Below are positions 57,983 to 64,000 of a DNA stretch of 64,000 bases, one piece after another. Within the stretch, counting starts at the first letter, position 1, and every line of letters starts with the position of its first letter. A program made the translations under genes and the position numbers. The stretch is from an uncultured Actinomycetes bacterium (GTDB taxonomy: Bacteria; Actinomycetota; UBA4738; HRBIN12). The stretch lies in assembly GCA_963719165.1 (NCBI GenBank), contig CAVRAV010000001.1:1637215-1701214 (forward strand). Direction: 5' to 3'. Under the pieces are notes generated by a model. The model did no database searches and was not told the origin of the DNA. It was given only the letters and a program-made list of their open reading frames with translations.

Positions 57983-58387
57983 TCAGACGGAGGACGCGGG
58001 CACGCGGAACCAGACGCGCGTGCATCCGTTGCTCGACACGCCCCAATCCGAGGCCAGCTTCTCGAGCAAGGACAAGCCCCATCCCTTCGGCCCGGGGCGG
58101 CTGCGTCCGCGCGCCCTAAAGCCTTGGCCCTCGTCTTGCACCTCGACCGTGAGGAGCCGGTCCCGCAGGTCGACGGAAACGCAGATCCGACTGTTCGCCG
58201 GAAGCGAGCCGTGGCGCAGGCTATTGGTGGTGAGCTCGCTCACCAAGAGCCGCACGTCATCGAGCGGCTCGGTTCCCAGGTACCCACCCAGCGCGTTCAT
58301 GGCATCCCGCGCCGCGCGCACCGACTGTGGGTCGGGGGGAAGGCGCACGGATAGGATGGGCTTCCGGCCGCTCGATCGATCCATCAT
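57983..58387 (-). CDS. RsbW-like anti-sigma factor / serine kinase (HATPase_c)
   Basis: LLVSELTTNSLRHG ... VEVQDEGQGF ... KGWGLSLLEKLASDWGV. Confidence 0.8.
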   Translation of the reverse strand: MMDRSSGRKPILSVRLPPDPQSVRAARDAMNALGGYLGTEPLDDVRLLVSELTTNSLRHGSLPANSRICVSVDLRDRLLTVEVQDEGQGFRARGRSRPGPKGWGLSLLEKLASDWGVSSNGCTRVWFRVPASSV

Positions 58388-58440
58388 GGTGGGGTCCTAC
58401 CCAACGGGCCCGAAGACGAACCCTGTGGAACCGTTCGGGG

Positions 58441-58623
58441 TCAGCTGAAGATGCTCACACCGCCCGGTCCGACGAGAAGGCCCAGCACGATGAGCACCAC
58501 ACCCCACAGCACCGCGCCTCGAACGATGGTCACGATGCCGACGATCACGAGGATCGCCGCGATCACCCACAAGATGGTGTGTCCGCTGCTGTTCGCGGCG
58601 ATGAGCGCCAGCGCTGACTGCAT
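58441..58623 (-). CDS. GPGG-motif small membrane protein (60 aa)
   Basis: ATG at 58623 after gagagggga; two TM helices ending ...LLVGPGGVSIFS. Confidence 0.55.
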   Translation of the reverse strand: MQSALALIAANSSGHTILWVIAAILVIVGIVTIVRGAVLWGVVLIVLGLLVGPGGVSIFS

Positions 58624-58625
58624 GG

Positions 58626-58859
58626 CTACTTCCCCTCTCTGATCGTGGCGACGATGGGCCTGAGCAGGCGATACAAGGCATACGCCAATAGAGCGAAGCC
58701 GATGATCGCCTTCACTTCGTCCTCGCTCAACCGCGAGTGTCCGGCGACGGGCTTGGCGACGGCGCCCGCCGCGCGGTCGCGCCATCCGGTCAACGCAGAC
58801 CCGCCGACGGCGATCGTCTTGTCGTAGGTCCCTGCGTGGTTCTCGGTCTTAGTTGCCAT
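58626..58859 (-). CDS. Small hypothetical protein with a C-terminal TM segment (77 aa)
   Basis: ATG at 58859 after ggaggag; ends 3 nt before the next start. Confidence 0.45.
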   Translation of the reverse strand: MATKTENHAGTYDKTIAVGGSALTGWRDRAAGAVAKPVAGHSRLSEDEVKAIIGFALLAYALYRLLRPIVATIREGK

Positions 58860-59129
58860 GTCGCTCCTCCAGGTCCGACTCGATCGGCCTCGACGACCCC
58901 CCTGGTGTTTCCGGCGCCCCCGACGCCCCGCGCTGTCCGGTCCGCTCCTGCGGCGATAGCTGCGGGTCCGTGGGGATCGTCGCAGGCTCCTGGTCGTCTC
59001 GATCCTGCACGCGTTGATCCATGTCACCCTTCTTCCGTTGGCCTCGAACGCTCGGTGCGATCCGAGTGGTGCAGCCCTACCCAGGGACCGGCGGCCCGAA
59101 ACACGCCGGACACCGGCGCGTCGGTAGGG

Positions 59130-59489
59130 TCATCGCGCAAGGAAGAACGAAAGCGTGTCGCCCCCGAGGACGGCCTCGGGGATCAGCGCTTCCAAGATCC
59201 CTCGACGGCGATCGGCCGCGGTGCCCGAGGCACCCTGGTCGCCGACGCAGTCAACCGCGACGCCGTCGGCTGCCTGCGAGAGGGCGACCTCGAACGTGTG
59301 GGGCGGCTCGGCGCCCGCGCACAGCTCGTTCAGGATGAGCTTGAGATCTTCGACCGCCTCGGGGCCCAGGCCGAGCGCGTCGCCCGCCGACGTCGCGAAT
59401 GACCGCACCGCAGCGAGCGATGCCGGCTCCGCCGGGACGCGTAGCCGGAGGTCGCTTTCGAGGATCTCCGGGCCCTGCGACCGGGTCAC
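59130..59489 (-). CDS. Anti-sigma regulatory factor (divergent RsbW/HATPase-like)
   Basis: GTG at 59489 overlapping the STAS stop (GTGA); LKLILNELCAGA...VAVDCVGDQG. Confidence 0.6.
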   Translation of the reverse strand: MTRSQGPEILESDLRLRVPAEPASLAAVRSFATSAGDALGLGPEAVEDLKLILNELCAGAEPPHTFEVALSQAADGVAVDCVGDQGASGTAADRRRGILEALIPEAVLGGDTLSFFLAR

Positions 59490-59821
59490 GCCGGGCCGAG
59501 ACCCTCGATCGACGGCAGCAGCTCGAACGTCGAATCCAGGCCCGTCAACGTGAGCACCTTTGCCGGCGATCCGTGGACGCCCACCAGGGCGATCGTCCCA
59601 TCCCGTTCGCGGGCTCGCTTCAGGGCAACGACCAGCACGCCGAGCGAGCTCGAGTCCATGAAGCCGACCCCCGACAGGTCCACGGCGATCCTCGAGGAAC
59701 CCTCGGCGATCGCGGCGGAAAGCGCTTCCTTCAAGGGGGTGACGGAGTAGAGATCGAGCTCGCCCTCGACCGTCATCACGACCCAATCGTTCCGGGCCGT
59801 GGTCTCGAGGCTCAATTCCAT
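59486..59821 (-). CDS. STAS-domain anti-sigma-factor antagonist
   Basis: ATG at 59821; DLSGVGFMDSSSLGVLVVAL. Confidence 0.85.
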   Translation of the reverse strand: MELSLETTARNDWVVMTVEGELDLYSVTPLKEALSAAIAEGSSRIAVDLSGVGFMDSSSLGVLVVALKRARERDGTIALVGVHGSPAKVLTLTGLDSTFELLPSIEGLGPA

Positions 59822-59884
59822 GCGCTGCGTCCTCCACGTCCCAACAGATCCCGTCTCGAAGCGTCCGTAGTATAGGTTCCCTGC

Positions 59885-60286
59885 GTGCAGGAGCGACCCG
59901 CCATCGTCTTGGAGCTGCCCGCGGAAGCACGATTCCTCGCCGTTGCACGCTCGGTCGCGGCGACGGCCGCAGCGGGGCTCGATCTTCCCTACGACACGGT
60001 CGACGACCTGCGCATCGCCGTGGACGAGGCAGCGAGCCTCCTGTTGTCGCATCGGCCGAGCCCCACGCGACTCAGCATCGAGGTGCGGTCCGACACGGGG
60101 GCCGTGCAGGTGATCGTCCGCACGAACGCGGTCGTAAGCGGATGGCCCGACGACGAGGCGGACCTCGCGGGCCTGTCTTGGACGATCATCACCCGGCTCG
60201 TCGACGAGGCGACCGCCGAGGCGACGGCTCTCGGTCCGGCGATCCGTCTTACCCGGCGCATCACGCACGGGCGGCAGGAGCCATGA
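59885..60286 (+). CDS. Anti-sigma regulatory factor (RsbW-like, degenerate HATPase) preceding sigB
   Basis: DLRIAVDEAASLLLSH...LSIEVRSDTGAVQVIV; ATGA overlap with the sigma factor start (60283-60286). Confidence 0.6.
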   Translation: MQERPAIVLELPAEARFLAVARSVAATAAAGLDLPYDTVDDLRIAVDEAASLLLSHRPSPTRLSIEVRSDTGAVQVIVRTNAVVSGWPDDEADLAGLSWTIITRLVDEATAEATALGPAIRLTRRITHGRQEP

Positions 60287-61044
60287 CCTCGGACGATGAG
60301 CCCACCCGGCTCGCCGATGACGACGAGGCCCTCCTCCCGCTGTTCCGCAAGGCGGCTGAGGACCCAGACGCCCGGGAGCGACTCGTCGCCCGCTATCACC
60401 CGCTCGCACGCTACCTCGCCCGCCGTTTCCGGGGCAGGGGGGAGCCCCTCGACGATCTCGTCCAGGTCGCGAGCCTCGGGCTGCTCAACGCCATCGACCG
60501 CTTCGACGCCGATCGCGGCATCCGCTTCACGACCTTCGCCTCCGCCACCATCGTGGGCGAGCTGAAGCGCCACTTCCGAGACAAGGGGTGGGCGGTGCGG
60601 GTCCCCCGTCGGCTGCAGGAGCTCTCGCTCGAGATGAACCGCCTGCTGCCGCAGATGGCTCAGACGCTCGGCCGGATGCCCACGGTGTCCGAATTGGCGC
60701 AACGGCTCGACGTCGACGTGGACGAGATCGTGGAGGCCATGGATGCCGCGCAGGCGTACACGAGCTCGTCGCTGGACGCACCCCTCAGCGACGGAGAACT
60801 CACCGCCGCCGACATGCTGGGGGCGGACGACCCCTCGATCGCGATGCTCGATGAATGGGCGGACATCAGTCCCGCGTTGACCGCCCTGCCCCCCAGGGAG
60901 CGGCGGGTTCTCTATCTCCGCTTCTACGAGGGACGGACACAATCCGAGATCGCCGCCGAGATCGGCGTGTCCCAGATGCACGTATCCCGGATCCTCTCCC
61001 AGACGATCCAGGCGTTGCGCGAGGCGTCGGACGCCCCTTCCTGA
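60283..61044 (+). CDS. SigB/SigF-group (group 3) RNA polymerase sigma factor
   Basis: Region 2 (DLVQVASLGLLNAIDRFD), region 3, region 4 (QSEIAAEIGVSQMHVSRIL). Confidence 0.9.
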   Translation: MTSDDEPTRLADDDEALLPLFRKAAEDPDARERLVARYHPLARYLARRFRGRGEPLDDLVQVASLGLLNAIDRFDADRGIRFTTFASATIVGELKRHFRDKGWAVRVPRRLQELSLEMNRLLPQMAQTLGRMPTVSELAQRLDVDVDEIVEAMDAAQAYTSSSLDAPLSDGELTAADMLGADDPSIAMLDEWADISPALTALPPRERRVLYLRFYEGRTQSEIAAEIGVSQMHVSRILSQTIQALREASDAPS

Positions 61045-61118
61045 GCCTCACCGAGCCGGTTGGTTTGGCCGAGCGACCTCGTGGGAAGACCATCCGTATC
61101 CGAGGACGGGAGGCAGGC

Positions 61119-61328
61119 ATGGATGGCACGCAGGAGCACGCCGAGGGTGCATGGGACAAGACCAAGGGCAAGGTGAAGGAAGGCGTCGGTGACGCGACCG
61201 ACAACAAGGACCTCGAGACCGAGGGGAAGTCCGACCAGGCCAAGGGCAAGATGAAGGAGGCTTGGGGAGACACGAAGGACGCGGGCGAGAAGGCCAAGGA
61301 CGCCGCCAAGGACGTCGTCGACCGCTAG
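61119..61328 (+). CDS. CsbD-family general stress protein
   Basis: ATG after gacgggaggcagg; KGKVKEGVGDATDNKDLETEGKSDQAKGKMKEAWGD is the CsbD repeat. Confidence 0.7.
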   Translation: MDGTQEHAEGAWDKTKGKVKEGVGDATDNKDLETEGKSDQAKGKMKEAWGDTKDAGEKAKDAAKDVVDR

Positions 61329-61345
61329 ACGACGAGGTTTGCCAG

Positions 61346-61398
61346 GACGACGGGCGGGTCAACCGACCCGCCCGTCGTCTGTGTTCGTGTTGTCTTCT
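61346..61398 (+). terminator. Rho-independent terminator (gacgacgggcgggtc-aacc-gacccgcccgtcgtc + T-rich tail)
   Basis: Perfect 15-bp inverted repeat followed by tgtgttcgtgttgtcttct, read directly. Confidence 0.55.
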
Positions 61399-61457
61399 CG
61401 AGGGGCGAGCACGACAATGCCCTCACGGATCTCGATGCGCCCGACCGGAGGCCGAAG

Positions 61458-64000
61458 GTGCCCGTGGTGACGACCGGAACGCCGCGGGAGCGGGTGCTCT
61501 TCCCCGGCAGCGCCACGCGCCTGATCCTCGGTTTGGCCGTTGCCGTCGGAGGCCCGTTGCTCGCGGCTGGGTTCGCCTCGTTGCCGCTCATCCGCGATTT
61601 CCCCGCCCCTCCTATGATCTTGGCGATCGTCCTCGCCACGCTGCTCGGGCGCCTGTTCTGCGGCCTCGTTGCCTCCGTGTGGGCGGCGCTGCTGATCAAT
61701 TACTACTTCGTGGTGCCCCGTGGACAGCTCGATCTCACGGACGCTGCCTCGGTCGCGAGCCTGGGACTCTTCCTGCTGATCGCGGTGGTGTTCTCCGCCG
61801 TCCTGGCTCGTCTCGATCAGGCCCGTGGAGCCCAGGGCGCGCTCCTGGCACTCGAACGGCGGAACCAGCGTCGACTCGAGGGTCTCGTGAGCGTCGCGAC
61901 CGCACTCGCCGGGGCCACGACCCCCGAAGCCGTGGGGGGCGTCGTGGCGGAGCTCGGGCCGGCCGTGCTCGATGCGGCGCACACCCGCTTGTATCTGGAG
62001 GAGGCCGAAGATCGCTCGGCCGCATCCGACGCGCACCGATCCCCATGGTGGCCGACCGGGACCCCTCCAGCCGAGGAGGCGATCCGGTCCGACGCCGCGG
62101 TCTTGATCGCGGGCGCGGACGAGCTCCGTCGCCGATACCCGGATCTCGAGCAGACGATGCCGGGGGAGGCCTGGGCCTGGTTCCCCCTGCGCGAGGCGGG
62201 CCAGATCCGCGGGCTGCTCTTCGTCGAGTTCCACGAGCGACGCCCGTTCGACGAAACGGAGCGGAGCCTGTTGACCGCGCTCGCGCGCGCCGTCCAGGAG
62301 GCCATGGGACGCGCACTTGCCTACGAGCAGTCCGAGCTCGCGCGCCACGACGCAGAACGCCTGCAGCGGGTCACGGCAGCACTGTCGAAGGCTTCCAGTC
62401 CCGTGGAGGTGGCCCAAGAAGCGGTTCGAACGGGTCTCGAGGTGCTGCGCGCCTCCGGCGGCAGCTTCATGGTCCCCTCCGACGACGGGCTCGAACCTCT
62501 GGCCATGGAGGGCTATCCCGCGGAGACAGCTGAGCGATCGACCGCGGTGAGCCTGGACACCGATCTGCCGATCGTGCGCGCCTACCGCAGCGGAACGGCG
62601 CAGATCGTGGGCACGCTCGAGGAATGGCGGGCGGGATTCCCCCACATGGTTCGCACCATGCAGGACACCGGATACATCGCGGTCACCCACCACCCGCTTC
62701 AGGTGTCGTCAACCGTGGTGGGCGTGATCTCGTTCGCCTTCGACGGCGAACGTGCCTTCAGCGCCTCGGAGCGTGCGTTCCTCGACAACCTCGCCGCGCA
62801 GTCCGCACAGGCCTTCTCTCGAGCCCGATCGCTGGAGGCGGAGGCCTCGGCCCGCCGACAGGCCGAACAGGTCTCTCGCCGGCTCCAACGCCTGCACCTC
62901 GTCACCGATGCGGCGCTTTCGACACTCTCGCTCGAGGAGATGGTGCCCGCCCTCCTCAGACGCATCCAGGAGATCCTCGACGCCGACGGGGCGACGCTCC
63001 TGCTGCTGAGCCCGGATGGTCGGTCGTTGATCGAACGGGACGCCGATCCCACGCACGGGCCCGCGACGGTAGAGGTCGGCAAGGGAATCGCCGGGCGGAT
63101 CGCGGCGACCGGCGAGGCGCTCGTGATCTCGAACCTTCGGGAGTGGAAGCCGGTGAGGTCGTGGCTGCAGGAGCAGATGCGGTCCCTCCTCGGCGTTCCC
63201 CTGCGACGAGCGGGCAAGGTGACCGGTGTCCTGCACGTGACGTCGCGGACCGAGGGGCGGTTCGAGGCCGACGATCTGCACCTCATGGAGCTCATGGCCG
63301 GGCGGATCGCATCGGCCCTGGAACGCGCGCAGCTGTACGAGCAGCGCGACCATATGGCGTCGGCCCTCCAGCGAAGCCTCCTGCCCGGATCGCTCCCGCA
63401 GATCCCGGGGTTCGAGGCGGCAACCCTCTATCGGCCCTACATGCCGGGCGACGAGGTGGGCGGCGACTTCCTCGATGTGTTCCCGCAGCTGGAACGGGGG
63501 TGCTGGGGGGCCCTGGTCGGGGATGTGAGCGGGAAGGGACCCGAGGCGGCCGCCGTCATGGGGTTGGCCCGGCACTCGGTCCGTTCGCTCGCCCGATTCC
63601 AGACGCGCCCGAGCGAGCTCCTGAAGACGCTGAACGAGGTGCTGCTCGCCGATCCGTCCATCCCCGATGCCAGGTTCGTCACCATGTGCTATTCGCGTAT
63701 CCACACGGGCACGGACGGTTCGAGGGTCACCGTCTCCCTGGCGGGCCACCCTCCCCCCCTGCTCGCCCACGCCGACGGTCACGTCGAGACCGTGGGCACG
63801 AACGGGGATCTGCTCGGGATGTTCCCGGCACCCGACTACCACGACGTCGCGGTGGACCTCGCGCCGGGGGATCGACTCGTCCTGTACACCGATGGCCTCA
63901 TCGAGCAGCGCGGGATCGACCTCGCAGTGGGCATGGACCGTCTCGCCCAGGTCTTGAAAGCGAGCGCCGGCGCGTCGGCGGATGAAACGGTCGGTGCGAT
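61458..64000 (+). CDS. Sensor PP2C (SpoIIE/RsbU-type) phosphatase: DUF4118 membrane domain + GAF domains + PP2C; 3' end beyond the window
   Basis: Open frame (mod 3 = 0) from GTG 61458 (GGAGG 6 nt upstream) to the window end with no stop; absent from the ORF track because no stop is reached; DUF4118 (LLINYYFVVP), GAF, PP2C (GDVSGKGPEAA, LVLYTDGLIE). Confidence 0.8.
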   Translation, partial: MPVVTTGTPRERVLFPGSATRLILGLAVAVGGPLLAAGFASLPLIRDFPAPPMILAIVLATLLGRLFCGLVASVWAALLINYYFVVPRGQLDLTDAASVASLGLFLLIAVVFSAVLARLDQARGAQGALLALERRNQRRLEGLVSVATALAGATTPEAVGGVVAELGPAVLDAAHTRLYLEEAEDRSAASDAHRSPWWPTGTPPAEEAIRSDAAVLIAGADELRRRYPDLEQTMPGEAWAWFPLREAGQIRGLLFVEFHERRPFDETERSLLTALARAVQEAMGRALAYEQSELARHDAERLQRVTAALSKASSPVEVAQEAVRTGLEVLRASGGSFMVPSDDGLEPLAMEGYPAETAERSTAVSLDTDLPIVRAYRSGTAQIVGTLEEWRAGFPHMVRTMQDTGYIAVTHHPLQVSSTVVGVISFAFDGERAFSASERAFLDNLAAQSAQAFSRARSLEAEASARRQAEQVSRRLQRLHLVTDAALSTLSLEEMVPALLRRIQEILDADGATLLLLSPDGRSLIERDADPTHGPATVEVGKGIAGRIAATGEALVISNLREWKPVRSWLQEQMRSLLGVPLRRAGKVTGVLHVTSRTEGRFEADDLHLMELMAGRIASALERAQLYEQRDHMASALQRSLLPGSLPQIPGFEAATLYRPYMPGDEVGGDFLDVFPQLERGCWGALVGDVSGKGPEAAAVMGLARHSVRSLARFQTRPSELLKTLNEVLLADPSIPDARFVTMCYSRIHTGTDGSRVTVSLAGHPPPLLAHADGHVETVGTNGDLLGMFPAPDYHDVAVDLAPGDRLVLYTDGLIEQRGIDLAVGMDRLAQVLKASAGASADETVGA

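Noticed and set aside
59822-59884. Possible SigB-type promoter in the divergent region upstream of the rsbW-like/sigB operon
   Set aside because: A GTAGTAT-like -10 is present, but no clean GTTT -35 at 14-16 nt spacing. It is too weak to call without TSS data.
61262-63985. Track ORFs 61262..62533 and 62624..63985 (+)
   Set aside because: Wrong frames. The real gene is the third plus frame (61458 to the window end), encoding DUF4118-GAF-PP2C.
1-64000. CRISPR arrays, rRNA, tRNA, IS/transposase genes
   Set aside because: No direct-repeat/spacer periodicity, no tRNA-like cloverleaf candidates noticed, no transposase or integrase motifs. Only a short 9-bp tandem repeat and a G-rich tract were found.

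Overview
This is a ~70% GC, actinobacterial-type chromosomal segment that is densely coding on both strands; I support roughly 80 genes. The content is accessory/stress-type:
- An ECF sigma/anti-sigma pair.
- A SARP regulator and a large TPR-LuxR regulator.
- Many secreted proteins: a beta-helix/IPT/FN3 protein, a metzincin protease, two BNR propellers and a GH25 lysozyme.
- An ABC-2 exporter, MFS, Na/Ca-exchanger and AI-2E transporters.
- A RecQ-family helicase facing an AAA ATPase, a VapBC module and a bacterial topoisomerase IB.
- Redox genes: ApbE + ferric-reductase-like, FAD oxidases, F420-type reductase, CDGSH, hemerythrin, a heme-oxygenase-like enzyme.
- At the 3' end, a SigB-type partner-switching cluster: two STAS, three RsbW-like, SigB, CsbD, and a DUF4118-GAF-PP2C phosphatase that runs off the window and is missing from the ORF track.

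Two things stand out. First, an eight-gene minus-strand operon (39958-43902), just downstream of an orphan response regulator, pairs two extremely cysteine-rich exported proteins with two TlpA-like thioredoxins and two MauE/DoxX-like membrane proteins. It looks like an uncharacterised maturation system for disulfide-rich exported proteins. Second, at least ten genes show apparent frameshifts (about one per 6-7 kb), so the assembly probably carries indel errors or pseudogenes, and the ORF-track boundaries are unreliable there.

I found no rRNA, tRNA, CRISPR array or transposase by eye.
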